NCBI GenBank assembly: GCA_964343205.1
Contig: CAYFID010000001.1
Location: 10,835-74,834 of the forward strand
DNA: 64,000 bases
Direction: 5' to 3'
Source: an uncultured Candidatus Poseidoniales archaeon
GTDB taxonomy: Archaea; Thermoplasmatota; Poseidoniia; Poseidoniales; Thalassarchaeaceae
Position numbers and translations under genes: made by a program. How positions within the stretch are numbered: the first letter of the stretch is position 1; each line of letters begins with the position of its first letter. The notes below the pieces were generated by a model that was not told where the DNA came from, searched no databases, and saw nothing but the letters and a program-made list of their open reading frames with translations. Positions 9,941 through 20,739 of this stretch are shown one piece after another.

Positions 9941-11176
9941 CTACTCAATCCCTAATTCGAGAGACACTTGGTTGGACCACTCTAAGGCATCTAGAAGGCC
10001 GTAACCGGACTTTGAGTCGTGGGTGGAGGCTTGGTTGGATGCTGGTCTTGCAGAATTTGCCAGGGCCACCTTGACTAAATTCATTTCCTGCTGGTCAATT
10101 ATTCCATCTTCACCGGAAATCGACTCACCGTGGATGGAGAGAATCAAAGCAAGTGCCCCTGCGACGATCACTGTTGAGTCGCTAGTTCCCGTGGAGTAAG
10201 CGTATGGGGGCTCTCTGTCGTTAGAGATACAAGACCAAAGTAATACACCGGGAGCTAAAATCTCTGGCTTCTGATTGGGGAAAGAGCGGTCTTCTCCCGT
10301 TTCTGGATCTATGGGGGATCCTTTCGCGCTGTCCCCCCATGGATTACCACCTTTGTCATGGGCACCTACAGCGATAACACCTGGAAGACTAGCCGGTGTA
10401 GAAACATCAGTATTGTTGGATTGAGGATCGCTGTTACCTGCAGCTGCTACGACAAAAATTCCATCATCTAGGGCCTCTTGAACTGCTTCTACGGTCTCTG
10501 ACGTGGAAGTAACTCCCGACCCAGGTTGGCTTCCTAGGCTCAAGGAGATAACATCGGAACTCTGTGAGATCCTGCACCATCTGATAGCCTGCGAAACCAT
10601 CCTCTCGTTTCCCGACTTTCCGTCCGGCCCAAGAGCTATAGCGACAGAGAGGGAGACTCCGGGAGCTGCTCCCCTGTAAGTCCCATTAGCTACAAGCAGT
10701 CCAGCCATCAGAGTACCGTGGCTATCGTATCCGATGTCTCTAATCTCATCGTTCTCTTCTAGGTAGAAATCTCGGAACCCATGTAGTTTCAACATGGAGA
10801 AGTCGGGGTGGGAGATATCTATGCCAGTGTCGACTATACATACGCGAATACCTTCACCAAGAGTTCCGGTCGATTGTAGGCCCCTTATGCCGCTATCCTC
10901 GTATGCCCATTCAGAATCTGGTAGTACTTCACCGAGTAGCGGCGCTATAGAGGGGTATAACATGATGAACGACAATATAATCGCCGAGAATCCTACAGCA
11001 CCCCATGGCCAGAGGAACCTGACAATCGGACCCATTGGCCACCTGAGTTCCCTGGCTTCCTTGTCGCTGATACCATAGGCTTCCCCCGGATATCCGGGTG
11101 CATCGCTGTCGACGGCAGTCAAGAGGCTAGGATCTTCGGGTTCTGGCATTAGTTCCAAGTGCTGGATTCCCCTCAT
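9941..11176 (-). CDS. Subtilisin-like serine protease (peptidase S8) with an N-terminal membrane anchor
   Basis: Catalytic triad motifs in order: Asp in VCIVDTGID, His in HGTLMAG, Ser in GTSDSTVIVAGALAL; oxyanion Asn in AAAGNS. N-terminal hydrophobic segment FLWPWGAVGFSAIILSFIMLY. Confidence 0.8.
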   Translation of the reverse strand: MRGIQHLELMPEPEDPSLLTAVDSDAPGYPGEAYGISDKEARELRWPMGPIVRFLWPWGAVGFSAIILSFIMLYPSIAPLLGEVLPDSEWAYEDSGIRGLQSTGTLGEGIRVCIVDTGIDISHPDFSMLKLHGFRDFYLEENDEIRDIGYDSHGTLMAGLLVANGTYRGAAPGVSLSVAIALGPDGKSGNERMVSQAIRWCRISQSSDVISLSLGSQPGSGVTSTSETVEAVQEALDDGIFVVAAAGNSDPQSNNTDVSTPASLPGVIAVGAHDKGGNPWGDSAKGSPIDPETGEDRSFPNQKPEILAPGVLLWSCISNDREPPYAYSTGTSDSTVIVAGALALILSIHGESISGEDGIIDQQEMNLVKVALANSARPASNQASTHDSKSGYGLLDALEWSNQVSLELGIE

Positions 11177-11211
11177 GGCCGATCCCCTAAATAGCGCTGT
11201 TAGTGTTAGTA

Positions 11212-14200
11212 TTAGAACGGGGCGCTAATTCTTCTTCCAGGCCTTCTAGTGAAGTATAGTAAAGCAACTAATAGTAGGATGATGAAAACATATGCCATGT
11301 ACTTGAGATTGTCATTATCCACTGAAGCCGCCCACAATTGTGCCTCGTAGACACACGAAGCCTGGCCTTCGGAGAGAGAGTTGCATGCCTCGATTTCTTC
11401 TAATGGCTCGCCTTCTATTTCGAACATGATGTAATACTTCTTTGACTCTTCGAACTGGGTGTAATCCATGTTGATGAAGAAGGCTGATTCGCTCATTGCG
11501 AAAACCGAGCCGGAGGAGCTGGAATTGACTCCAACCTTAGTCAGGCATTTGATATCCTCGCAGAGTGTGGCAAGAAGGGTTACGGTTTCTGCGTCAACAT
11601 TTCCGGAGTTTGAGATGTTAACCGAATAAGTCTCGATTCCTCCATAGCTGGCGAAAGAGCCTCCAAGGAGTCGTACTGATTCCCCTACAATCGATAGAGA
11701 AGGGGCGTCCAAAACTATAGTAGCTTGGAATGGATATGAGTTGTTTGATGAGTCAGTAACCGAGAAGTGAATGGTTTCTGTGTAGTCACTGAGTAGTTCT
11801 TGCTCCGAAACAGGGACTAGGGTGAATGTAGACAGACCATCCGTGAAAGGTGAAACTGGCTGGGTCATTGGACCTGAGACTTCCCAATAATCGGAGTTCT
11901 CGAATTGGAAGTAGAATGTCTCGTCGGCGTTTCCTAGATTCTTGAACGGGACCTGAAGTGGCACAATACTATCACTTGGAGAGAAATATACAATCTCTTG
12001 GAATTCCTCGGAAAGCTCTATTCCAGATGTTTTCGGTATGCCCACGGTCAACTCCGTCTGCGTCGAATATCCTTGGATCGTTGAAAATTTAACTAGGACC
12101 ATATGACCTTCGGGGAAGTGGTGGGCAACGCTACTGTTTGCTGGTGTAACCCTGACATTGATAGTCGAGGTTTCTACATTCTCTAGGCCCATGTCGAAAG
12201 AAATTGACTCCTGCCAGTCGCCGGTTGAGTTCTCGAATTCGACCTTCCAGAAGATTCCATCCATTCCAGGTACTGTACCCGTAACCACGTATGTGTCGAA
12301 GGAGTTGTGCCCTTCATAATCAATACTCAATGTGAATTGAGCAACCTCATATTGGCAGTCTTCCAAGCAATCTGAGTCCGCCAGTACTACGTCTATTCTA
12401 GGTTGTGAGGAGGTTGAAACGGCTATGTCTTGCTTTGAAACCCTCTCTATGCTGAGTGTCTTCACTGGAGTGTCTTGGCCAGCTCTGATAGTGACTCCTT
12501 GCCCGCCAGAGTAAGTAACGTTCCTGCCATCCTCATCGAGATCAAACTCACTTGAAATTTGTACAGTTCCAGTAACAACGAGCAACGATAGAGTGCCGTC
12601 CTGGTTCAATTGCTCAGACCAGGACATGCTGCCGAATTCGACTACTAGATCGTAGTCTTCTATCTCGGAAAGTTGGTGCTCCGCTCCGTTGAAGTCTATC
12701 CACTTGGTGTCTAAATTCAAAACCCCACCTATCGTTAGTTCGGATTCTATCGATGCGCCTTCGACACCTACCTCCAAGGGGGAAATCGAAATCAGATTTT
12801 GGCAATCTGAAGATTGGGCGTCTGTATATGCATATACAACCCAACTACCTGGTTGAACGGATGAAACCCATCCTCCGGTCCAAATAGAGGAGTTACTAGT
12901 CTTGATGACAGTGACTCGGTCACGGGAAATTCCATGCGTCGGTATTAGGACAACCTCCCAATCACCGTTTGAGATGCAAGCCTGGTCCGGGTAGGAAACA
13001 TGTCCCGAGACTTCAACCTCGCCTGCAGTGATTTCGATATCTTCAACCACAGATTCGTTACCCAATTCTACTGACAGAGTAACATTTCCGAATCCTTCCC
13101 TAACTACGAATAGGTCCCAAGAACTCTGTGCAGGGAGGAATGTTGACCATTCCCCGGTGGAACCAGTCACCAATTCATGAGTAGGGGGTGCAAATCCGGG
13201 ATTTTCTGAAGAGAGGTTGACCGTCGCGTTACCTAGGCCTTCGAAGAAACCGGGAGAGTCGTCGTCGTCTAAGTCCCAGAAGACCCGACCACTTAGTTGA
13301 ACCAGCCTCTGCACCGATAGAGTAACTTGGTGGTCCACTCCAACAGTTACCCCTGAGTCGACTAGCGAGGTGTTCTCGAGTAACATCCTGATGCCGTCTG
13401 GGTTGGTCTCATTCATCTCAACGTTCCACTGTCCAGGAGTAAATCTGACCTCCAGAGGCAGCCCTAATCCAAAGTATTGCGTAGAGAAGGAACCTAGTCC
13501 CTCTTGGGATGTGAAAGTGAGTTCCATCATCTCCAGATCGGGACCTCCCCCTGTACTGGAATTCAACTCGATGGTGACGGTTGCTAGTTGTGAAGTATAG
13601 AAATCGTATGTGCTATCAGCTGTGGACTTGGAAACAGAGATTGCCCTTCTCAAGCCTTCGTGAACTCCTGAATTGCTCTCAAATTCATCGATGATGACCA
13701 CCCATTCACCTTCGCTGATGTAATCCACAATCCGCCCATTCTCATCGGTAATGAAAGTCTGAATCCATCCGCTATTAGTGTCTAGCATTGTGACTTGGTG
13801 GTTCACCAAAAGATCCGCACTCTCGTTCCTGAATGTTATGTTTACCAGCCAAAGAGGCTCGAAACCGACGGATCTATTGATTTCAGATGGGTCTAGCCCG
13901 ACGTCGAAAATCTTGTTTATGTCGTATAGAGTATCGAAGAGTTCTCCGGCGGAGGAGTTTGCTCTGTCGACTACAATCCTGTACTTTCCTGGCTCCAGAG
14001 AGACCTGTGCCCTTCCATCAGAAACCCATTCTTGGCCGTCTAGACTGACTGAGTAGCCCGACCCGTTAGAAGTAAGAGGCTTGATCTGGAATGGGTATGA
14101 TACGGGTGTTCCGTTGGATACGTTGTTTTCTCCATCGTGGTCTATGAAAAAGTCGATATTCACGGTACTGTTTTCCTCTGGAATGATAAATAGCTCTATG

Positions 14201-17200
14201 TCCACCGAGGAGTTGATCTCACGGATTACAGAGCTTGATCCCATTTCACCTGCATCTAGTGTGAAGGACCAGTTCCCGAGGGGCAGTAGCATCTCGAACC
14301 TACCAAGTTCGTCGACCTCGACCCGCCAGACGGAGTCAGTATTTCCGTCCATGTTGTTTGCATGAGCATAAACAGGACGCCATCCCGAGAAGCCCTGGTT
14401 GTACGTGTTTCCTTCTCTGTTGAGGCTAGCACTTCCGAAGATTACCATGGCATTCCTAAGTTCGATGCTGATGTCGTCCATTCCCTCTGTGACTTGGAAC
14501 CTTGTCCCATTAGACATGAATCCACCTGCTCCAACCATCCTCTCAACTGTGGCGTCCACGAAGGCCCCAAGAGGGAGGATTACACTGAAGTTCCCATTTG
14601 AGTCGGTTGTTGAAGCAAGAGAGAATCCACCCCATTGGAATGTAATGTCCTGGAACGCCACAGGGCCTCTGGAAGTTTGCAATTCGGGAGAGTCCTTGTT
14701 GGAACTATCTATCACACTTCCATTAACAACTTGGCTAACAAGGAACTCGAATGAGGAGTTGATATCCTCGGTGCCTACACTGATTCGTTGCCATAGTTGC
14801 TTTTCTTCGTTAAGGGTGTGGTTCAAGACCCAAATTCCTGGTGAGAGTTCGGCAAAATATGATCCAGAAGTGTTGTCGAAGGATACGCTCACAGGTTCTA
14901 TAGATTGGTTCTCGGATCGGAATTTCAATTCTAGATTCTCGACGCTTTCATCTCCATCTGTGAGGGTGAATGTGATGTCAGAGGTCTGTGGTACTACAGA
15001 CGGGAATGCTGCAAGTATGTCTTGGTCTGATTCGAAGATGTAGGTCTCCGAAATCTCTGGGAATCCATCATCGTCCACGTCCACCTGGACTAGATATGAA
15101 CCGGGGATTATGGGTCCAATCTCGAATGATCCATCTTCCTCAGGAAGAACGGAGCATGGGGGAGAGACAACAGTGCTACATTCGTGCAGAAATTCTTCTG
15201 AAGAACTGTTGATTGGGAGAATAATGAGCTCACTTGAAAGTGGGTCTCCTGAGTGAAGGGAGACAGCTCCCTTGACGGCTCCACCGGAAATTGATACAGG
15301 AATCTGAGAGTTCGATGGATTTAGAGGGATCTGGAAATATTCACTCAGTTCTACAACAATGCCACCTCCAAAGTCTACAGATACAGAGTATTCCCCAGGT
15401 AGGGCGTCAACAATATGGAAAGAACCCGGACTGACCATGGGGCCACTGAAAACCCCATCTCCAGAGAATGTTCCTGATCCGTTTATAGTGCCGTAGGAAT
15501 CAAGGTTTTGGGATGAGTCTGTTACGAATGTTCCGGATCCGATGAAGGTAGCTTGGAATAGGCTTCTTGTGTATTCGCTGACACCTTCAGAGGTAAATCT
15601 CCCAGATGCGTTTAACGTGCCGTTGACTAGGTAGATTCCATCATCAAAGGAACATGCTTGAGAGCCGTTCGGTACCTCGTTATCCATACATTCTGGGACA
15701 GTGTCGGAGATTTCCCCCTCTAGCGTCCCGCGACCTGTGAATTGTCCGTCACCGGCAATACTGTGGTTGTCGTATATTGTCTGGGTGTGGGTACCTGTGA
15801 ATTCGCTTACTGAGGCAGCCCCCTCGGAAACTACTGTACCATTGCCATAGAATGTAACCTCTCCGAGACCAGTGAATCTCAGAGATTCGCCCTCTAAGCT
15901 CCCATTAGAGGTTGAAGTCACATAGGGCTGTATCGTGATCTCATCTGAGGTCGGCGTGAGTATCATGTCTGCTGAGAGAACTGGTTCACCATCGAAGTCA
16001 AGTTGGCCTGACCATGAAAGTACCCCTGATGCAGCGGAAGGTGAAACGGTGATTGAAGCATCAATTATCGATTGTCCGTTACTGTGACCATCTGTGCGAG
16101 AAATGTTAACTATCGTATGGGTGAGCCAAGTGGACCCGTAGACGTTTCCTAGAATCCCAGTCACTGGATTTACATTCCTGTTCTGCGGATCCTCTGTGAA
16201 GAGCTCACTCATCGCATAGCCCATTCCCGTCATAATCGAGGTTCTCGCTTCTTCCAAGTCGGTTTCTCCTGAGAATGCAGAAACTCTAATCTTGCCAGAC
16301 GGGACGGTGAAGGAGAATTTCCCATTCTCATCTGCTTGGGTGCTTCCTATAGGGATCCAGAATGTCCTAGAGTCGCGGTCAATTACATTTCCTTCCAAAT
16401 CCACATCCTCTTCCCCACTGAAGGCATCCCTCTCTATCAGCAGCCTAGCGTTGGGTACGGGTCCGATCCCATCAAGAGTTACAGTGCCCTCAACTGTTGC
16501 ACCGCTGTAGTATTTCAGAATCTTTACGAACCTGTTGGAGTCGTACACAGTACCGCAATACTGATCCAGCTTCGCCCCTGTCTCGTTAGTTTCACAATGG
16601 GCACCATCAGTGGGATCGTACCAATTAGAAATCACGAAATGGTTCATCATGGCGCCGGGTAGTGACATAGCACCCTCCAGGTAGCTTCCGGGGGATCCTG
16701 AAAGAGCACTTGGAGCAATCCACGCTGAAGGGGAGTCTGCATCGCCAGCAATTCCCCCTGGAGAGTCGAGGCCAAGAGAGGATGTCCCGTAACCTACGTA
16801 GGCTCTAGCAACCATGGTTTCGAAGAACTCGGCGGAATGCTGGTATTCGATATCGTTGATTGCAATCATTTCATCTGCGGTTGATGCTCCTGATGCCTGG
16901 GATCTAATATCCTCCAGATAGCTTGCCTGATATTCATCGGAGGTCATCATTCCCTGGTTTGTCTCGTATGTTGTGGTAATGTATGTGTCAAGGTCCAGTC
17001 CAGACAAATGAGTAGGTGCGTGGAAGATTCCAGTTGTTTGGCCTCTGTGGTAGCTCTGATAATCCGCGTTATACTTGCCACCCAGAGGATAAAGCCTGTT
17101 GTCAACAGCGAAATATCGAATCTCGTGGTTCCTAGTTGTAATGCCACCCTCGTAATCTGTCACTTCGTATGTGTCAATAGAGGAAATTCCATCATAAATA

Positions 17201-20200
17201 TCCACAAGTTCGTTAAGTTCGAATGCAGTAATCAAGAAAGCTCGCATCATCCCGAACTTTGCATTGGCCCTGTGTAGCCCGGTCGAGATGTCGTAGTAGT
17301 CCTCGAAAAGGTCTTTTGTGTATCTATATCCACCCATGTCATAGTGACTGGGATCTTCCATAATTTCGTATGATGAGGATGATCCTCTTGCCTCGTCGAA
17401 AAGTGACTTTGCAGCAGATTCGTTCGTGCTTGGTTCTCCGTAATTCTCACCATCCTTCAAAACTAGCCAGACCTCGTCAGTTTGAGGTATTCCGTTATTG
17501 TCCAGCAAGTGACCATGGAGTAGTTCGGTTGAGCCATATACCGCCTGTAGTGCCATTGTCCTGTCCATAACAAACTGTCTACAACTATCGCAATTACTAT
17601 TCGAGATGATTGCAGAGAATTCTTCAATCTGTTCTTCCGTCATTGAGGACTCCAGAACAACTCTGAAATCTTCGCTCATCTCTCCACCATTCAAGTTTCT
17701 ATCACCTAAAGCAAGCGTGGCAATGAACAAAGATAGTGTGTCCTCCTGACCTGCCGATAATAGCATAGCTCCGCTATTTGGTATGCCTGATTGGAAGTTA
17801 TCAGCAACGGTCGGATGTTGCCCCGAAGTAAGTGCTTGGAAACCATAATCCCACCAAGAGACAAATGCCGGTCTTTGGCTGAACGGAGTAGAATTATCCT
17901 GCTTCGACAGCCAGTCGTAGGCTTCATTCCATCCTTGTGTGTTGAAGCTAGGGCCGAATGTCCCCATGTACCAATGCCCAGTTTCAAACGGTTCGTACGG
18001 ATTGCTGTTCATCACAGAAAACAGGTTGAAGAAGTCCTGCCTAAGGATGTCTGGAGCGATGTCATATATACTCTGGTCAACTTCATAGGCGGACTGCTCG
18101 CCCCTCGGGATTCCAGAGTCTATTCCGTAAGTGGCATGCTGAGAGCTGATGAGGAGAAGAACCAGAATCATTGCTGGAACTCCAGGTCTTGACTTGGTAG
18201 CAGGCCAGAGAGATCTGAATCTTGTTCTCGGAGTTCCAATTCCTGAGTTCCTCCATACCTTGGAAAACGCTGAGAAGTTTGAGCTCCCCCATAGCATCGA
18301 GATGCCTATCCCGCCAGCTACTGCCATGGGTGGGGTCGCGTTGATTATGAAACGGCCAGCGGTCCATGCCATGTAGGTTGCGATAATGGTCCAAAGGCCT
18401 AGTAGAGTGAGACCGGACTTGCTCTTCCTGCTTCCCCTCCAAAGAAGAACGAAGGAGCACCCTATTGCTATCAAGGCTACAATAGGTCCGTACGAAGCGA
18501 ATAGAACACCTCTGTCGGGAGCCTGTGCCTCTCCGATGGTACCGAAGATCTTGTTCTTAGAGAAATAGAAACCTCCGGTGAAAAGAATATCCCAGCCAGC
18601 GTAGATTTCTGTAACCTGAAGTAAAAACAGTAGGGCCAGAATGGTACCAAAAAGTGCCGAACCCCCCATTACAACCAGTAGCCAGGGCTTATCTCTGAAG
18701 GAGCTAGATACCCATCCCACTGCGAATGTGAAGCCGATAATGTAGAACATTGGTTGCATTCCACTTGGCGCAAATAGAAGGTTCATTCCGGGCCAAGCAT
18801 AGAATGGGATGGGGATGATGATTGAAGAAATCATCATCTGAAGAGCCGCGGAAGTGAATTGTAAGCTGTCCTTTCTACGGAAAATGTTGACTGCCACTTG
18901 GAATGAGTATGCTAGGAATAGTATTCCAGGCCCATATACGAATCCCTTCCAACCCAGAGCCATCACTGCGAAGGCTATTCCGGACATGGTTGCGTTTGCC
19001 ATTAATGCAGGATTTCGCTGCCATGTGTCCCTCATTCCAGCCAGTATGTACAAGGGATTTGTACTGGTCTTCTCAAAGACCTCCTTGTGCTCTAGATTTT
19101 CAAGGGCCCTCATCCAGAAATAGAACGCAATTGCAAGGAACAACATCGCGAAGGAGTCGTGATCCGACATTGCGAATGTTGACCGGCTCATGTGTCCGGG
19201 CATCAGTGCTATCAGCCAAGCCGCGAAAATTCCCGAACGCTTGCTGTGAGCCCTTGTCGCGATTCCTGCGATTGGGAGTACGATCAGTGCACCGTATATT
19301 GCTGGGAGGGCGGACATTGACCACCATACTGCTTGGTCCGGTGAGATCTCTAGTAGCCAAGAAAGCGCGAGAGCGCCTAGTGCCAGAGACCACGAGAAAA
19401 GGGGTGGCCTCGGGTTAATGCCCCCTGAGGGGTAAGCCCTATCATGATCGAAAATTAAGTGGCTTCTTTCGGCGATTACGTAGTCCACGACCCGTTTCAT
19501 ATACCATGGGTCAGACCCGCCAGTCATGTCCCAAAGACCAGTTCCAGAGGCATTCATTGCTGGAATGACATTCCATGCCGTCCTGACAACGAGTGCGACA
19601 ACGAATGCAAGAGACACCATCATGATGTAGGAGTTCTCGTCCCACCAAGTCCGGAATCCGCTTCTATCCCTTCTAGGGGCAATGTCACCGAAGGCCCCTC
19701 TTGATGCGAAGAAGATTGCGAAGAAGTTCAGCCAGAAACCAAGGAAAAACCAGGTAAATGATCCAATGAAGCCTGTCTCAGAGAATAGAGAGGGAAGCTC
19801 ATTTCCAATCTCGTGGAGGTGCCCAATAGTGTATAAAATCCAGTTTATTGCCAGCATAGAGCTTAGCACATGCCACCCCTCTGCCCTGAAAAACGAAAAT
19901 GTAAGTACTACGAAAGCCGAGAAAAGTGCCCATACCACTCCGAGATGGCTTCCTTGAGCGAATTCGGCGAGGTCGCTAATCTGCCCCACCCAAATCACAG
20001 GTATTAGGAATCCTATGAATATCAATGAGGGATATGCCAAGACTTCCTTGTTTTCAGTAAATAGTGGAATCCTGGAAAACAGCGACCCAGTGCTCCTCTC
20101 TTCCAGAGTCCCCCGAAGCAAAATCATTACCACAAAACCCAAAGAAATCGAAGCAAGCCAGAATGAGAAGAATGCACTCCCTAATGAGGCCCTTTGAACG

Positions 20201-20688
20201 TCCAATAGGGCTGAGGATGCGGATTGGGCAATTCCTAGGTGAGCCCCATAGAACCCGGCGAGTCGAATCCCCAGTATTGTGGAGAGGAAAACTGAGGATG
20301 CTTCAAATTTCCCAGATTCATGCAGAATCGCAGTTCCCAAACCTATGATCACAAATGTTGCAACGAACATGTTGTCGAAATTTGATGGATCGGACCAGTT
20401 CGCGACTAGTGAAATAACCAGAAGAGTAATGGAAAGGGAGATAACTCTCATTGTTCCAGAATTGATAGGGATTATTGATGTTGACCTGCCTGCGCAGGCT
20501 GGCAACATCGCAGAAAAAGTAATCAGAATGGATGCGGAAATGTACTCGCTGTCAACTTCTCTTCCTTCTAGTTGAGAAGCAGCAATCAGCAGCCCCAGCA
20601 GGGAAAGTGAGATTGCGATAGGCACTCCCATTCTGGATACAAATTGGCTATCCCCAGATGCTTCAATCTCAGTTTCCATCCCATCCAC
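11212..20688 (-). CDS. aglB: Giant (3158 aa) AglB/STT3 oligosaccharyltransferase fusion. Extra N-terminal polytopic membrane domain, STT3 catalytic core, and a roughly 1900-aa extracellular beta-domain extension ending in a C-terminal TM.
   Basis: STT3 EL1 motifs DPWYMKR (about 19505) and FDHDRAYP..NPRPPLF (about 19441), which match eukaryotic STT3 DPYFNYR and FDDRAWYPLGR. WWDYG motif in PAFVSWWDYGF (about 17846). DK-like motif TVADNFQSGIPNSGAMLLS downstream. The C-terminal extension contains carboxypeptidase-regulatory-like and Ig-like repeats and ends with the TM YMAYVFIILLLVALLYF. Confidence 0.85.
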   Translation of the reverse strand: MDGMETEIEASGDSQFVSRMGVPIAISLSLLGLLIAASQLEGREVDSEYISASILITFSAMLPACAGRSTSIIPINSGTMRVISLSITLLVISLVANWSDPSNFDNMFVATFVIIGLGTAILHESGKFEASSVFLSTILGIRLAGFYGAHLGIAQSASSALLDVQRASLGSAFFSFWLASISLGFVVMILLRGTLEERSTGSLFSRIPLFTENKEVLAYPSLIFIGFLIPVIWVGQISDLAEFAQGSHLGVVWALFSAFVVLTFSFFRAEGWHVLSSMLAINWILYTIGHLHEIGNELPSLFSETGFIGSFTWFFLGFWLNFFAIFFASRGAFGDIAPRRDRSGFRTWWDENSYIMMVSLAFVVALVVRTAWNVIPAMNASGTGLWDMTGGSDPWYMKRVVDYVIAERSHLIFDHDRAYPSGGINPRPPLFSWSLALGALALSWLLEISPDQAVWWSMSALPAIYGALIVLPIAGIATRAHSKRSGIFAAWLIALMPGHMSRSTFAMSDHDSFAMLFLAIAFYFWMRALENLEHKEVFEKTSTNPLYILAGMRDTWQRNPALMANATMSGIAFAVMALGWKGFVYGPGILFLAYSFQVAVNIFRRKDSLQFTSAALQMMISSIIIPIPFYAWPGMNLLFAPSGMQPMFYIIGFTFAVGWVSSSFRDKPWLLVVMGGSALFGTILALLFLLQVTEIYAGWDILFTGGFYFSKNKIFGTIGEAQAPDRGVLFASYGPIVALIAIGCSFVLLWRGSRKSKSGLTLLGLWTIIATYMAWTAGRFIINATPPMAVAGGIGISMLWGSSNFSAFSKVWRNSGIGTPRTRFRSLWPATKSRPGVPAMILVLLLISSQHATYGIDSGIPRGEQSAYEVDQSIYDIAPDILRQDFFNLFSVMNSNPYEPFETGHWYMGTFGPSFNTQGWNEAYDWLSKQDNSTPFSQRPAFVSWWDYGFQALTSGQHPTVADNFQSGIPNSGAMLLSAGQEDTLSLFIATLALGDRNLNGGEMSEDFRVVLESSMTEEQIEEFSAIISNSNCDSCRQFVMDRTMALQAVYGSTELLHGHLLDNNGIPQTDEVWLVLKDGENYGEPSTNESAAKSLFDEARGSSSSYEIMEDPSHYDMGGYRYTKDLFEDYYDISTGLHRANAKFGMMRAFLITAFELNELVDIYDGISSIDTYEVTDYEGGITTRNHEIRYFAVDNRLYPLGGKYNADYQSYHRGQTTGIFHAPTHLSGLDLDTYITTTYETNQGMMTSDEYQASYLEDIRSQASGASTADEMIAINDIEYQHSAEFFETMVARAYVGYGTSSLGLDSPGGIAGDADSPSAWIAPSALSGSPGSYLEGAMSLPGAMMNHFVISNWYDPTDGAHCETNETGAKLDQYCGTVYDSNRFVKILKYYSGATVEGTVTLDGIGPVPNARLLIERDAFSGEEDVDLEGNVIDRDSRTFWIPIGSTQADENGKFSFTVPSGKIRVSAFSGETDLEEARTSIMTGMGYAMSELFTEDPQNRNVNPVTGILGNVYGSTWLTHTIVNISRTDGHSNGQSIIDASITVSPSAASGVLSWSGQLDFDGEPVLSADMILTPTSDEITIQPYVTSTSNGSLEGESLRFTGLGEVTFYGNGTVVSEGAASVSEFTGTHTQTIYDNHSIAGDGQFTGRGTLEGEISDTVPECMDNEVPNGSQACSFDDGIYLVNGTLNASGRFTSEGVSEYTRSLFQATFIGSGTFVTDSSQNLDSYGTINGSGTFSGDGVFSGPMVSPGSFHIVDALPGEYSVSVDFGGGIVVELSEYFQIPLNPSNSQIPVSISGGAVKGAVSLHSGDPLSSELIILPINSSSEEFLHECSTVVSPPCSVLPEEDGSFEIGPIIPGSYLVQVDVDDDGFPEISETYIFESDQDILAAFPSVVPQTSDITFTLTDGDESVENLELKFRSENQSIEPVSVSFDNTSGSYFAELSPGIWVLNHTLNEEKQLWQRISVGTEDINSSFEFLVSQVVNGSVIDSSNKDSPELQTSRGPVAFQDITFQWGGFSLASTTDSNGNFSVILPLGAFVDATVERMVGAGGFMSNGTRFQVTEGMDDISIELRNAMVIFGSASLNREGNTYNQGFSGWRPVYAHANNMDGNTDSVWRVEVDELGRFEMLLPLGNWSFTLDAGEMGSSSVIREINSSVDIELFIIPEENSTVNIDFFIDHDGENNVSNGTPVSYPFQIKPLTSNGSGYSVSLDGQEWVSDGRAQVSLEPGKYRIVVDRANSSAGELFDTLYDINKIFDVGLDPSEINRSVGFEPLWLVNITFRNESADLLVNHQVTMLDTNSGWIQTFITDENGRIVDYISEGEWVVIIDEFESNSGVHEGLRRAISVSKSTADSTYDFYTSQLATVTIELNSSTGGGPDLEMMELTFTSQEGLGSFSTQYFGLGLPLEVRFTPGQWNVEMNETNPDGIRMLLENTSLVDSGVTVGVDHQVTLSVQRLVQLSGRVFWDLDDDDSPGFFEGLGNATVNLSSENPGFAPPTHELVTGSTGEWSTFLPAQSSWDLFVVREGFGNVTLSVELGNESVVEDIEITAGEVEVSGHVSYPDQACISNGDWEVVLIPTHGISRDRVTVIKTSNSSIWTGGWVSSVQPGSWVVYAYTDAQSSDCQNLISISPLEVGVEGASIESELTIGGVLNLDTKWIDFNGAEHQLSEIEDYDLVVEFGSMSWSEQLNQDGTLSLLVVTGTVQISSEFDLDEDGRNVTYSGGQGVTIRAGQDTPVKTLSIERVSKQDIAVSTSSQPRIDVVLADSDCLEDCQYEVAQFTLSIDYEGHNSFDTYVVTGTVPGMDGIFWKVEFENSTGDWQESISFDMGLENVETSTINVRVTPANSSVAHHFPEGHMVLVKFSTIQGYSTQTELTVGIPKTSGIELSEEFQEIVYFSPSDSIVPLQVPFKNLGNADETFYFQFENSDYWEVSGPMTQPVSPFTDGLSTFTLVPVSEQELLSDYTETIHFSVTDSSNNSYPFQATIVLDAPSLSIVGESVRLLGGSFASYGGIETYSVNISNSGNVDAETVTLLATLCEDIKCLTKVGVNSSSSGSVFAMSESAFFINMDYTQFEESKKYYIMFEIEGEPLEEIEACNSLSEGQASCVYEAQLWAASVDNDNLKYMAYVFIILLLVALLYFTRRPGRRISAPF

Positions 20689-20739
20689 CGAACCTAGTTA
20701 CCTTCAACCTAGCAGCGCGGCGACCCAAACGCTTGTTTT

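Noticed and set aside
14399-15043. Numerous 60..230-aa ORFs antisense to the giant genes (for example 14399..15043, 34885..35424, 35434..36114, 36229..36750, 38074..38583, 40048..40473, 23760..24212, 3728..4183)
   Set aside because: They lie entirely inside long, motif-rich coding sequences on the opposite strand. They are Ser/Pro/Thr-rich low-complexity translations typical of antisense frames of acidic beta-rich proteins, and none has a recognisable motif.
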